Origin: Lytechinus pictus
Lineage: Eukaryota
DNA length: 64,000 nt
Assembly (NCBI RefSeq): GCF_037042905.1
Contig: NC_087251.1
Location: forward strand, 13,394,001-13,458,000
Direction: 5' to 3'
Shown piece after piece: positions 12,624 to 26,800 of this stretch. Position numbers and translations under genes: made by a program. The notes below the pieces were generated by a model. The model was given only the letters and a program-made list of their open reading frames with translations, ran no database searches and was not told the DNA's origin. Numbering within the stretch: position 1 is the stretch's first letter; the number at the start of each line of letters is the position of its first letter.

Positions 12624-14324
12624 GATCAGAAAATACCAAGAGATTTTTTTACTTGGCTGGGTGTGAAAGCATTAACTTTGTAGTTTACATACATATAAGC
12701 CACTGCAGATCTGAGTATTGTCATAAAACATTAGAATGAATAGCTAGGAAAGTAATGGGGTTTTATGCATTCTATGTAGCAATTACAGTAGGTCACCATA
12801 TGCATTTTAAATCATGAGATATATTGATTATAGAAACAATGCTGTCCACCACTTGATTTGTACTTTACTTAGACTATCATTTTCATATTAAAAAAATAAT
12901 TTTCACAATAATGGCTTCTGTACGACAGAAAGGTATTTCTTTTAAATAAACTTTGAAATGATCTTTATTTTTATACTATGTCAAGTGAGAGAGCTAGGGC
13001 AAGCAATCTACATGTACATGTATCTCATGTTTTCAGTTCCAACACCAACCCAGTTCTAATGCCAAAATTATAACTTAAAATGTGAAGCCCCTTTCACAAC
13101 CACATGGAGTTACACAAATCAACAATATTTATTTATCTTGCATATTTTTTGCTGCAGTTACTAGACTGCCAAATCCATAACAAAAATTTTGCTCTACCCC
13201 ACCATCCATAAGTGGATCAATTTTCTACTTAACAACAAAAGCAACATAAAATGCATTTTTTTCAGGCCATGATTTTAGATTTCAGATGCAATTTATCTTC
13301 TTCCCTCTCAACTGACCAAAACTGAAGTCTCTGCTGGAATCGATCGTAAAAAAAGTAAGATGGAATGCATATATTTTGAGTGAAAGCAATTGGAGAATGG
13401 AGACAGTGACAATGGCATGTATTCCACTTGGATGTTTTTCAAAGATTTTCATTTTATTAGGAGAAAAAGACGGGGTAGTTTGATTGGGACATGCAGGGAA
13501 TAGAAATAGCATGGAATAATTGGATGAGTAGATTGGTGAACTTTATAAGATGGAGGGTTGAAACGCAGAAGGACTTAACACACAAAAAGTAGAGATTTTG
13601 AGGAGAGCAATGTTCATTTTCTACCAAGCAAATATATTGATATGTGGTGGAGTGTCACTTTGTGTCATAGGCATTTGGAGGTTGAGTTGAATATTAAAGG
13701 ATAATGATTAACAGAATCTGAAGGTGTTTCTGAATATTTGGCACCAAATTCTTGAAATGGCCTAATAGTAAGTTATGTCCTATTGTTTGTTAACACTCGA
13801 GATGTTGTCTTCGTGTTCTTGCCCTTTCCACATATTCTCTTCTGGTTTATGATCGTTAACATCACCTGAATATAAATCGGGATAGCATGGGCAGATAATT
13901 CTGTTTTAAAAAACAGATTTATCTAGACAATATAGTAAATGAGAGCAGGAAAATGCACAAACTATAGGCTTAGATTATTTAATTTGCTATCCAATTACTG
14001 TAAGAGATTGAGATTAAAAGCTTATTTATAGTCAATACAGTTTTACTTCTAAATCTAACAGATTAAAGTTGTGATTTTTATTTTATTATTTCTATTTATG
14101 AAAGAATTAAGAATGTGTAATTATTGTTGAATAACCTCTGATCAAATAATAATGTAATGTAAATGGTATCAAATGATAAAATAATGTGTGCTTATGGTTT
14201 GTCAAATAAGCTGCATATGGCACTTCATAGCCATTAACCCCAGCTTTAGCATACATCTAGGTGCCAATGAGGTGCTTTACCATTTCAATTCAAGGAATAT
14301 ATTCTTACCACATGTCTACAGGTA

Positions 14325-14930
14325 CAGTGAGACCACCACATATCGACCACCTCTTTTGAAACCGACCACCTTGCGCGCATTAAAATTATTGCGTATTACA
14401 AACGATACGCGCGGGAGAGTAGGCGCAGTGTATGTAAGAATCGATTTTATGAGAAAAAATTGTAAAAATTTAGTAGAATTCATCAAAATTGTATTGACCA
14501 GACCCAACCCCGCTAAAAAACAGTTGTTCATACCAAGAAATCCGATAGGAAAAGGCTTTAGAACAAATATCCGCCGTCAATCGTCGAATCATGTGCCGGA
14601 GCTCGCAGTGGAAGTAGTGAGACGATCAGTTAGCATGTTGACATCTTAGAACTGATTTGGAAGAGACAAAATATTTCGCCACCGCGACAAGAATCGGCCG
14701 TAAACTTAGTGTATCGCGGGTGGTCGGTATCAAAAGAAGGGTTAAAATGAGCAAATGTAAAATCGTTGCATTCGTTGTTCGCCGATATATACGCGAATAG
14801 AATCGGAGTTGTCGATCGAAACATGGGAATCTGATCTGCTCAATTTTTTTCAAAAATTAGACGAAAACTAGGTAAAACTGATAAATATTTTGCTTAGAAA
14901 ATTAGATGGTCGATAAGGGGTAGTTCCAAC
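14325..14930. mobile_element. Degenerate pogo/Tc1-like non-autonomous element
   Basis: Starts TA|CAGTGAGACCACC..TATCGACCA; tggtcgata near the right end; internal inverted pair cctcttttgaaaccgaccacc / ggtggtcggtatcaaaagaagg; CpG-rich. Confidence 0.6.
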
Positions 14931-14940
14931 CATACCCATA

Positions 14941-15159
14941 CACTGTAAATTCCAAGGATTTGAAATAAATCCAGATCGGCTGTGAAAAGTGACCAGCCGA
15001 ATTTTGAATTTATTTCAAATCTTAAGGATTAACTTTTAAATCTCAAAATATTTCAATTCAAATCTTTTAGATTTATATTTAAATCAACAAGGTTGAAATC
15101 TAAATCTAATATTCGGCTGGTCACTATTCACAGCCGATCTTGACTTGGAATTTAGAGTG
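14941..15159. mobile_element. Palindromic MITE with TA TSD
   Basis: TA|CACTGTAAATTCCAAG ... CTTGGAATTTAGAGTG|TA; internal inverted repeat agatcggctgtgaaaagtgaccagccgaat / attcggctggtcactattcacagccgatct. Confidence 0.88.
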
Positions 15160-17394
15160 TATACTTGACCTTGACCCAGTAGGTCAAGTGAAGCAAATGT
15201 AGATCAATGTCTTGCAAGAGAACATGAGGATCACAGCTGGATTTGAAACCAATACTTTGTGATCTTTATAGTAAGGGGAGTACATCTATCAAGCATACCA
15301 TGACATGTGTACACATACATTAGCAAGATGTGGTGTTGAATAAAATTAAAAATCTAAACACCGGTGATTAATGCTTGGTGTGATCTTCTATGCAGTGTTA
15401 TTACCAAGTGGTTTGCACCTATTCAAATAACCAAACAGAACACATAAAGAATAACCTCTCCTTGGAAAAAAAATTAAGTCACAAAAAATTATAAATTTTC
15501 ATAAAGCCTAAATTCTGAAGCAATGAGGATAGCACAGATTGAGGTGGCATCTAGGATGCAATTTGCCATTACAACTGAAACCATCCTAGCAATACATTTT
15601 TGCTGATGAAACAATGTTTTTAAACATGCATGGCCAGCCTAGAATTGTACTCTGAAAAGTGAAGTGTGTCTCGATCTCAGTCGGCAGAAACAAATTTTCA
15701 GCCTGCCTACTTTAGCACGTTTTTTCACCACTTCCGTCGCACACATCACAAGGCATCTTATCATCCGCTTGACAGGAATGTCCACAAAAACATTCAATCA
15801 TTTTTTTTCCTTTAATATTATTCCATCATACATGTATATGACCAGAGTCCTCCCCCCCCCCCCACACACACATCTTCATTTTCCTTCAACTTCAAGGATT
15901 CATGCATGAATTCATTTTTTTTTTATGTGTACATATTTTGATGCTTATTATGATTCCTGAAGTGCATGATATTTTTTCTGATATACTTGACAAAACTGTT
16001 TACAAAGTATTGTGCAATGTACAGTATAGATTAATAGAAATGATAGCATGTGATGTAACCGATGTGTATTCATGTTCCACATCATGGAAAAAACTTGTAG
16101 GCATATGGACAGATAAGGATAACAAACAATAAGTGGGTCAATTTTATTATGATTTTCTGACAAGCAAAGATGCCAAGGAAAGTTTATCACTTTCACAAAG
16201 GACAAAATTGCTCTAAAAAAAAACTAGCAAAAAACACCATTATTTTTGCTATGAGAAATGATGTGCTCCCTTCCTTTAGAACAAGAAAATTTTTATCATA
16301 ATCAAAATTCCCCCAAAAAATGTTTAGAAAGAAAAATGGCACTGTGATTATTAGAGCAAAGGATATTGCAAACCAATTTTTTTTTCAATTCTTGTATCAG
16401 TTTAAAATCAGGACGCAGTATTTCTATGCAAACATCTCAGTATCAAACTAAATCAAATACCTTGAAAAGAACAAGGAGTCAGTCATTTTTATGACTGGAC
16501 ACTAATTAAAAGAACATATATATAAAATGGTTCTTGATTTATATCAAAATATATTTTGCTAGAACATCGTTCCATAGATGTAAATCCACATGCATGTGCG
16601 AGATGACGTGAGAAATAAATAAACAAAACCTACATAATCATTGATTCCATTCTCATATACATGCTCACTAAAGGCAATAATCCATTTACACACAATTGGG
16701 TACATTTCTGTTGCAATTAATGCAAGACATTAATTGAATTCAGAACCCCAATACAAATTCGATCGAGCAAAGTGGCCAAACACACAAACATACACACCAA
16801 GTCAATATCACGCTGCAATGTAAGTCAAAGTCATACAACAAACGTGCTGGTGATAGAGAAATGGCTGGTATAGCTCCAATTCTCTGGGGATTCTACGTAA
16901 AGAATCACCATGGCAATGGGAAAGCGTATCTGAACAATGATCTACCTAGCGCAAACTAACCAAGGTTCGTTGTGCAATAAATCAAGCTGCTCTATACCAG
17001 CAAAACAATAGTGAGCATATAGTTTCCCCAATGCAAGCCTTCCTGCAAGAGCAGACCTGTCTTATTACTGAGCAATCTAAAGCCCAATATGAGTAAAATA
17101 GCAATATGACTCACAATCTCAAATTTGTATCAGAGAGATATATATTAAAGGTGAACTAATCATCAGGCATGAAAAGTTCTCATGCTACATGTACACGGAA
17201 TCGGATACTGTATATCTACCAATATCACTTTGTCGGGTGGGATACTTGTGGACTAGATGAATAAAGGCGCAAATATATCAGGCAATTCATCTTTTGAAAA
17301 AATCTATATTTTATTGTTTGAAATAGAAACATCAAGAAAATTCATCTTGCCCAATTGATCATGGGCCCGACAGCCACTGTGCAGTGTCAGATCG

Positions 17395-17532
17395 ACGAGG
17401 CTCTATTGAACACCAAACAGGGTAGCAGCAACTCCACACTTTTTACGTCTCTTGGTCTGACACGGCCGGGGTTTTAACTCTCGACGTCCGATTGTGAGAC
17501 CGATGCTCTACCAACTAAGCCAGCACACCGGT
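17395..17532 (-). mobile_element. tRNA-derived SINE 5' part (Meta-domain-like)
   Basis: Minus strand: TGGCTTAGTTGG (A box) ... GAGTTAAAACC (decayed B box), then CCGGCCGTGTCAGACCAAGAGACGTAAAAA...GTTGCTGCTACCCTG. Confidence 0.75.
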
Positions 17533-19149
17533 TGAAAAATATTTTTGAAAGCTGAAACATGAATATTCCAACATGAAAGGCATATATCTCAGAAATTTGA
17601 AGTATTTAATTTTTGAAAAATTACAGATTTGTGTGGGAATAATACCCAACTTCATTGATCAGCCTAATTGCTCCTATATTGTATGTGAATATTTTGTCAA
17701 TAAAGGTTTTATTATTGCAGTTTGCCCAGTCCAATAATCCCATAATCAATATGTGCTGCAACAAGTAAGGATGTAAAGTTTTTTTAATGTAATCAGGAAA
17801 ACAATATCTTAGCTCCCAAAGCTCAGAAGACCACTGGAAACTAAAAAAGAGGACGCTAGAAACCCGCATTCATTGCAATGATAAAGCTTACCAATGTTGC
17901 AGAATTAGACAGTGAGTTGTGAAAAGTGGAGCAATCAACATCCATTTCATTGAAGAAAATGTATAAATGCATTGTGGATCAGTGGATGATAAGTCCTTGG
18001 ATTGCATTCTGAATACGCATTTTTTTTCTAAGATAATTAAAAAAAACATGGTTAGATGCCTACAATTAAAATCAATTTCAATCAAGTGAACAATCCTATG
18101 CGTTGATACATAGTAAGGTATATCATGTGCTATATATATATCTATCAAGCAAGAACCAAGATTGAATATGGAGTGCTATCTAAGGTAGATATGGATACCT
18201 CAACATGCAATAGTGGATGAAAATTTATAAAAGATGAAATTTTGTTTTATTTGTATTCTCTCTAATTGTAAATTTAGCGTCTGTCAATTCAGTTTAAGAA
18301 TTTTGGATGAATGGAAACCTGAACTCTCAAACAAGAAAAAGCCAATGTAACAGACACCTTTCAAATGCAAATATACATACTTCTCACTGTTTATAATTGA
18401 TTGAAAGAAAAATATATATGTATTAATACAAATAGCCTCTAATGAATACAAGAGTTTTTATGAGCTATTTAAGTTTAATGTTCAATATTCCAAGTCAAAT
18501 GTTAATTCTTGTGGATAATGGAGGAACAATCTAACATGCATTCAATAATGCATTTCCAGCAACCTATTATTTACAATTTGCTTGGTTAATAGATTATTCA
18601 AAAGCATTGAAATAAAATCAATAGGCATATTTAGATCGTGCATTAATAATGATTTTAGAAAGCTTTTGAAAATAGATGCATTCGGCATACAATAAAATTG
18701 TGTAATTTCATTTTCATATTTCTGTATCTCCTTTTAAACAGTTTGCAGTCGGGAAACAGAAGTTTGAATTTGCATGGCCACCAGATTTCCTTACTTTCTT
18801 CATTCTGAGTATACAAAATGGCTGAATGTAAACCCCCTGTAGCAACGAAGGAGGTGAGAATCATAATTACATCTATGCTCCCTGAGAAAAGATGGGCAAC
18901 GTCTCTTAGGATGCGTTCAAGCAATAATTGTTCACCCTTGAATTATGTTTCAAAGATGTTCAGTTGAAAGAGACAGATGCATTAAAATATATTTCTACCA
19001 TTTATACAAATAATCCCTCAAAATGTGAACACACAATGCTGTTAAGCGTGCATGAATGTAACAGAGAATTCAAATCACAATGTGACAATTCGATGATATT
19101 ATTAACTTGGCCTGCTTCAGGTTTGGACATGCATTATGTATATATACTC

Positions 19150-19485
19150 AAAGTTGACCTACACTTCCAGGGTCATACTATACAGTGCAATGCCATAAAC
19201 ATATCTTGCATTACAGGTGAACTTGCATTGATTAAAAATCGCTTGAACACTATCTCACTAACACATCAACTGTGTTTTGTATTTGTGATTTTTTTTATCC
19301 CCATTTGAGATTTTAGCATTGCATACTCCAAAATAGATCTTTATTTCCTGAGTCAAACTAACACGTTTAGAATTATGGGAGAATCCACACTGATGCAAAA
19401 CTACTTGAACACTATCTCACAGCAAGTATGTTTTGGATCAGCATTTTTTTTTTATTGTGATTTAGAAAACTGCTTGAACACTCCC
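19150..19485. repeat. Decayed short tandem units (cttgaacactatctcac), probably a Helentron-type internal repeat remnant
   Basis: cttgaacact at about 19242, 19404 and 19473; preceded by a tgaccta...agggtca motif. Confidence 0.45.
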
Positions 19486-22400
19486 TCTTGCTTTACTTCA
19501 AGTGGAGCAGGAACAGTTACGATTTTCCAGGTCGACATCAGAACAATCATTCTTCCCCGCAAAGCCTATTGTTGTTGAGATCGACTCGAGTATGTGTCAT
19601 AGACAGATGGATGAGGGAAGCAAGTACTCAAGAAAAGAACTGAATAGGAGTTACTTGCTTCGAGGGATTGATTTATCAAGAGAATATTCTGTCTGCAAAA
19701 AACATGAAATATGCATAGATTACAGTGGGAACATGTTATCATCATACAGGGAAATAACATCACTGTCAGGCGTTCAAAATATAGATAGCAATAAGAATGA
19801 AGGTACAGGATCTGACATTGCATTTGATAATTACAACAACGATAAACAGGTGGTGAGAAGATTTAGCATGTACATGTAATGGCAGGGAATAGTAATATGA
19901 AAAATGTTTAATTACCCCACTCTTGATAACAGAATGTTGGCAGCTCTGCAGGTTATCCAAATATTTACCTCAATACCTCGAAAAGTAAAGTGATATATTT
20001 CAAACATACCACCACAGGCGCAAGTGACAACTAACAAATATTTGCTCTGCTGAGGCTATTGGAAGTAATTATTTCTTAATAATGAATACAGAAGCAACAT
20101 AGCTCTGCAAATGAAACAAGAAGAGGACACCAACATGTGACTCAAGAAAGGCAATCGCAATATACATGCACATGTGTGTATACTCTATGATTCTTAACCA
20201 ACAACATGAATTGCATATTTTTTCTTTTTTTCCTTTTGACTACTTTTTTTTAATCTTACATAAAAAAAGGAAATTCCACTTTTAATGTTTTCAAAATATT
20301 AGTCAGTTGACAATAATAATGTAAATTTATTTTGGCAGAAATCAAGCCATTTCATTAGGAGTCAGTTTAATATAAATATTCAAATTAACAAGAAAATGTA
20401 CTGATTGACCATAGTGTTGAAAATGAGAATAGGTATGGTCTTTCTGAATGCAATTATGGTGTTTGCACAATATACGATATATGGTATACATATACATGCT
20501 GGTTCAGTTCACTTCAAAGAAATTCAGTTATTTTTTTATTTCTTTTCAGAAGAGAGAGAGATTTGGTCATCAATTTGAGATTTCTAGAAAAGAGTAATAA
20601 GATCAAAATTACCGTAAAATAGTATGATGAATTCAAAGGCTTGTGAAATCAAGAATAAATTACAGTATACATTGCAATGAATTTGTTGGTTTATTGATTT
20701 TAATGAAATAAATACTTCAGATGAGGACAAAAAATTGACAATAATAGACAGAAATCAATCATAATGAAAGAAATGAGAAAAGAGTGATATACAGTATGTA
20801 CATGTAGTTGTATATGTTTTGAATATATGGGTCAAATTTGCATTGTTATGCTTGTAGTTAACATGGTTTTGATTTGTAATTTTCAATTTTAGCTTCAGTT
20901 GTGGTCTTTAATTGTGCCTAAAGGACAAAATGTCATGCTCCCTGATGGGGAAAAAAAACCTAAACTATCTGTACCTCTATTGCATAATGTACTGCTTCTT
21001 GATGTGTATGTAACGTACGGTTGAAAATAGAAATAAGAAGACAGCTACTAGAGCAATGGTTGATTGGGAACGATGAGCTTGAATGACTCCATGTTGGCCC
21101 CCAACCTGCATTCATCCCAGCGTTCATGACGGAGGCAATGAGGCTCATCAGGCTAACTGGCCTTCATACCATTTTAAATGTGGAATGCCACCAGAGCCTT
21201 GCCTAATGAAAGTACAACTAAGCAGACTGTAGTGATAAGAGGTCCCATGGAGGGGGAAAACATTGGTGTACGGTACTTATGGTTGGATTTTTATGTGTAT
21301 GTTATCAGAATAGGTCCATGATTGTACGAAGCATATTTGTAATGCTTTGAATCAGAGAAGATTAGTGACAGATTTCAAGTAGTGTATAGTACGATGGGAG
21401 TTAACGTTATTTACAATATGATTCCAAACTATTTGAGTCCTCAAGAATTTTTCATGAATACAAAAAAGCACAAAAGTTCTAAATGTAAAATGTAAGTTTG
21501 TACAATCATGTTGTTAACATATTAAAATGCTTTTTATAATTCTGAAAATTGTAATTAGATTGGAATTCAATTTGACCTCATCTTCCTACACTTTCATTTT
21601 TTTTTCAAAACATTTAAAGGTATCTAGATCCTATAAGTATACAAGATTTTTGATTTCAGCCACACCTCCCCCCCATGTCAATTGGTACACATAGGTTTAC
21701 CAAAAAGGTTGGTCAAACAATTCTGATTGCAAATGAAAGAAATAGAAAGCCTTCTAAGCACAAGTAACCTCCATGAAGAAAAAGTAAGGGTAAAATGTCC
21801 ATGCGTGGGTTTATGATGATTCACTACAATCAATACCACAGCCGTACAAATGAACAGACAAGTTTACATCTGTGGCATATATACACCCCCTCTTTTCCCT
21901 CCCTTTAGATTGCTGTATACATTTTGGTGGACTTATGCAATTAGCAAACGCATTTGCAAAAATCCTCATCCAATTATCATCCTCACCGTGCTACGTCAGA
22001 AGGACAGATCGCATTATTTTGGGGCGCAACTGATTAATTCAATATTTGTCGGCGATGGTACTCGAACATGCAGCTCGGCCTGCATGAGCAACCTCTCCTA
22101 TCAACTCCACTGGGATAAAATCAATAGTGACAACCAAATGAAAAGGCAGAATCAATGCTCTTCTCCTGACCAATTTATATTTATCAACCCGCTCATGTAC
22201 AGTTAATTTCGAGCCTTCACATTAAAGAATACATTTGCATAATATCAATCCGCAATTTATCTGCTGCAGTAACACTGCCGCAAGGTAGATAATTAAAGCT
22301 ACAACGAATCACTTATTATATGGGTGACGTTTGCAGGTTACTATCAAGATAGGCACTTGTAATAGAGACAAATTGGTATGTGTTGTAGAAATTAGCAGGT

Positions 22401-22924
22401 TTGATTTGCTTTATTTGATTTGATTTACAAATTCATTTAACATACAGGTATTGCTAAGAGAATGGAGAAAAGACTTGTGGAATGGAGTTACAATTATTTA
22501 ATTTGTTTTCCCTCCATGTTTAATGAACAAAAATACAATAGATATCAATTCATTGAATGAGAGCTAAAACAAATTACTGAACATTGAAATTGCACACTAA
22601 ACTACAAAGATTAATTATTTTTTCCTTTGTAGAATTTCTAATTCATTAATTACTACATCTCAGTATGCAAACATTGTAATAGCCAAACAAAAATTCTGTG
22701 CTCATTTCAGCCAGTGAAACACAGGGCCCATGCCGCTTAAATTTCACGGCCTCACAGTGGCACACTTTTATTGGAATTGTGCATCGGAACTGGTCCATGG
22801 TTGACCTATATTTACGAGGTCTAGCTGAGCTGAACCGAAGGAAATTCAATATTAAATAAGAAACTTATTGACAAACTTGCACTGCAAAAGCTCTGCAGAA
22901 ATGTGAACCATGTGTATATTCCCA

Positions 22925-23096
22925 GAGAGCATTTCATCCCAATTTTTTCTCCAAAAAGATTTTTTGTCCAAAAAGTTGTCAGATCTTACAATTTTTCTTG
23001 ATTCTAAATGGCTGATAACTGTTACTATGGTAACTATTGAACAAAAAAGGACTTGTCGGATGAAATGTCTGACAAGTCCTTTCATGAAATGCTCCC
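22925..23096. mobile_element. Short MITE
   Basis: Terminal inverted repeat gagcatttcat / atgaaatgctc; internal hairpin ggacttgtcgga...tctgacaagtcc. Confidence 0.65.
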
Positions 23097-23331
23097 TAGA
23101 ACTAAAAAATTGGATGTTATGCATAAGTTTGGCATAGAATATCACAATCGCTTACAGCAAATACAGTTTTTCATATTTTCACCAATTGGTGGACCTGGAA
23201 CATCCAAAAAAATGTTATTGTTGGTAATGTTGATTGCTATACCTGACTAAAACAAACCAAATGAACTATGGCATTAGATTATCTCTGAAGAACGGGATAA
23301 TGTAGATTGAGACACAAATGGAGACCTTAAA

Positions 23332-23844
23332 AGGCTTTTCACATTGCATTTTCTCAACCCCATACTATCCTAAACACCGGACTATCCTCAACCCCATACT
23401 ATCTTTTTTTGGATTCACACTGTCTTTCTTAACCCCATACTATCTGCTTAGCCGGGGTTAACGCCTTAACCCTGGACTATCCCACAGCTCAAGAATTGAT
23501 ATTGATGATTTTACCATACAGAGCGTGATTAACGTGCAATTTCGACTTCTGTGATTGGCTATTGCTCAGCCCCACTTTTCCTTAGCCCAGTTTCGTTTCA
23601 CACTGCATCTCTTAGCACCGCAATTGTGGTGCTAGCACCACAATAAGCCGGCTAACCCTGCTTTTTTGCAGGGCCAGATAGTACCGTACTATTTACCGTG
23701 CTAGCCCACTTTGCTAAAACATAGTGTGAAAACGAAGTGGGCTATGCTTAACCCCGGGAAATTGGTGGGGCTAAGCCCCCCCCCCCCCCCTTAGCCCCAC
23801 CAATTTCCCGGGGTTAAGGAAATAAAGTACAGTGTGAAAAGCAT
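23332..23844. mobile_element. MITE (PIF/Harbinger-like termini) with internal AACCCC/TAGCCC motifs and a perfect hairpin
   Basis: gcttttcacattg ... cagtgtgaaaagc TIRs; internal repeats of ttcacactg and aaccccatactatc; 29-bp perfect stem at 23747-23818. Confidence 0.8.
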
Positions 23845-26800
23845 ATTAGAGTATCTGACAAGAAAAACGGTTATTTATTGTGCCTTTCACTATTTGTACA
23901 ACCTATATTTCCCATTATATCTTTGAAAATGTATAATGCTCAGACTGGTCGCAGCTTTCCAAAACCCAAATTTCTGGCCAGTAGACCCAGCACTTAATGC
24001 AATATCAAGCCTATCCAACCAGAACTAATATCCCCATTAATAATAAAAATTGCTGAGATTTTGATTCTTGTGGTTTTTAAAAGCCAACAGATACAGTGAG
24101 AATATTTGTGCAAGCAGCAGGGTGTCACACCATGAAATCTCCAACAAGAGAAAATGGCCTGTGACAACACCGACTAGAATTTTGTGCTTAAGAGAGAGAG
24201 AGAGAGATCTCCTAAATATTCATTTAATATCATATTTTTAAAAAAACTAGTTCAAATCAGAATGTTTATGTTATTGGTCAATGAATGCATTACAGAATGT
24301 GTAATTGCAGGAGGATGGAGGATAGTGCAATTTTACCAATGCCATTATCATCTATTTGTCAATAATGACAGGAATACAAGAGAATAAAAAGACTGGATAC
24401 AAGCTTATCTTGTGTGATTTACCTCTTACAAATTATGCAGGCACATTTTATGCAAACTATTGCTAAGTATGTAGTTTCATTGTTTTCATAAAGTTTTAGA
24501 GAGATAAGAAGATTTCTAGAAGCTATATCCCAATCCATTGGAGCAGAAACAATTGAAATCTTTGGAGTACTACATGTATGTACTATTATTACTACCTGTA
24601 CATGTTGATCTTGATATTCCATGCAGAAGAATTTTATTATATTCTCATACAATGTGTGTATATGTTTTGCCTCTATATACATGTAGGCCTATATAGGATC
24701 ACTAAATCAAATAGAATAATATCAAAGTGAAAATTGAAGGGAAGTTCTATTCCAGAACATCCTTCCTGGTGTCTGCTACATGTACATTTATGAGTCAGTG
24801 AATCAAAGAAAAACTGACCATCGAATGGATCGTAAATAGTGAATGTAGAGGGCAATTTATTCAGGCTGCATATGCATGTCCGTATGTTCAGGAAATTGCT
24901 GAGTGTACAAAGCTAGTTCACCACCCATCTAAATGGGTATATTTGAGTCTGACCTGCTATGTCACAGAGGAGAAAGGACAGCGGTAGATTTGTGACGTCA
25001 ACCAATAACTGATTGCCTAGTCTGGGAATCAATTTAAACATATGTCCTAATTTTGCATCTCCCCTTTTCACAAAAAAAAATCATTTCTGCTCTTCATGAA
25101 TAAATCAATGCATTGCTAAGAGGTCGGTTGATGTCGGGGTTTGCAAAAACCATTAATAGCCATCACCCAGAGTACACCATACATTAAACCTTAAGCTGAA
25201 AAAATAATAACAATAAATCGAAGTGACATATTTTCACATATTTGTACCTTTAATATCATTTGAATTCATAAATTTGAGAAGAACTTCATCCTTTACATTT
25301 TATTAATAGCCACACTGTATGAATTTCTTTTACTATTTCCTGCATTTAATTCCATTCATTCTGACCCAACAATAGGTTAAAACTCCCTGAATAAACCAAA
25401 CAAAAACTTTGGAATGAAGAAGATGACCAAAATATAAGGTGAAAAGGACATTTTATACATGTACAATTGAAAGAATGTGTTTGATGAGAATGACAGAATC
25501 ACACACACAAAAAAAACAAAGAATGCATTTGTAAATAATCATCACAAACATATAACAAATGGAAAGTTAACATCACGATCATATCAAAATAACTTTTAGA
25601 TAAGGGGTCTTGCCACCCATTCCCTTCTTTTCAACCTAACATTAAAAATGAATAAATAAATCTAAACTGTGATGATGGTCACTGATCTCTAGATATAATC
25701 AATAGCCGCTATATCAAGAATACATCCTGGATAGACGTCAGCACACCTGTCTTTTACAAAGAAATCCTGGCACAACCTAGATAAACATCCACATTAGCAC
25801 ATTTGAATGTGATGTCGGCCCGCTGCATTTACTCACTCGATTCCGCCTTTCATGGTGAGTAATCAATAATGTGAATTGTTCCTTCGTTATACACAGGTAT
25901 TGATCTATTGAAGCATTTCAATATTGGCATCCTGTTTACATGACAAGCAGTCACATTGAAACATGGAAGCTTAACCTTTTGAACACTATTTAATGTCAGA
26001 TAGACATTTCCCTTAGACCCTAATACAAGATATCTTAGGTGTAGGGCTCAATGGGTTAACGGGGCATCATATCATCATATTGAAAACCACTTAATAAAAC
26101 AATATGAAAAGTGGGCACTAGTTCTTTGCTACAAACACATGAACCAATCAGGTCAGATTTACAAATACAACTGTAACAGTTCATTTGTTTATACCAAGCT
26201 GTATAAAAGAAGTCCACAAGTTTCATTATGATACTCTCCCGGTATGTAGCTTTAAAGGGATTACTTGATTTCAACAAAAGTAAACAAATTTGAGAGTAAT
26301 GAGAGGTATACTCTATCTTGTTCTGGTGTATAACACATGCAATAATTGCTAAACTTTTGTATTAACCTTTCAGACGCCCCCCCCCCTTCCTCCCCCTTCC
26401 AAGCAAAGAAGGAAACTCAAAATATCTGTTTACAGTGTATTATCTACCTGTGTATGCCTATTAATTTTCATTTATTTTGACATGATCAAAAGAAAAGAGA
26501 GAATGTAATTGCTTGATTATCATGGACACGGATTGTCATAGCGTAAATACCCAGGGCTTTTGTACCGTGCTAGCAACTGATTGTGAGTTATCTTTGCCTC
26601 ACACCTCTCAATGTCATTGTATACATGTGTTGGGTCTGGCCAGTATTTATGTTCTTGATGCGTAACAAAAGAAGCGTGAGGCAGCACAACCTGGCCTCCT
26701 TCATTGCAGTTTAACCCGAACAAGCTAGGGAAATGGCAGCTCTGTGGGATTTGTGTGTATTATGCGGTGCCTATAGATGGTATTGGCATGTAAGTGGTTA

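Noticed and set aside
13780..13865. Purine-rich exon-like stretch on the minus strand (GDVNDHKPEENMWKGQEHED)
   Set aside because: No convincing donor, stop in the exon-2 frame, no recognisable homology.
19502..19879. 125-aa plus-strand ORF
   Set aside because: Non-ATG start, no domain, no supporting gene structure.
23156..23194. 39-nt minus-strand segment between ccag and GTAAGC
   Set aside because: Poor pyrimidine tract and weak exon-end bases; such pairs are expected by chance in 43 kb.
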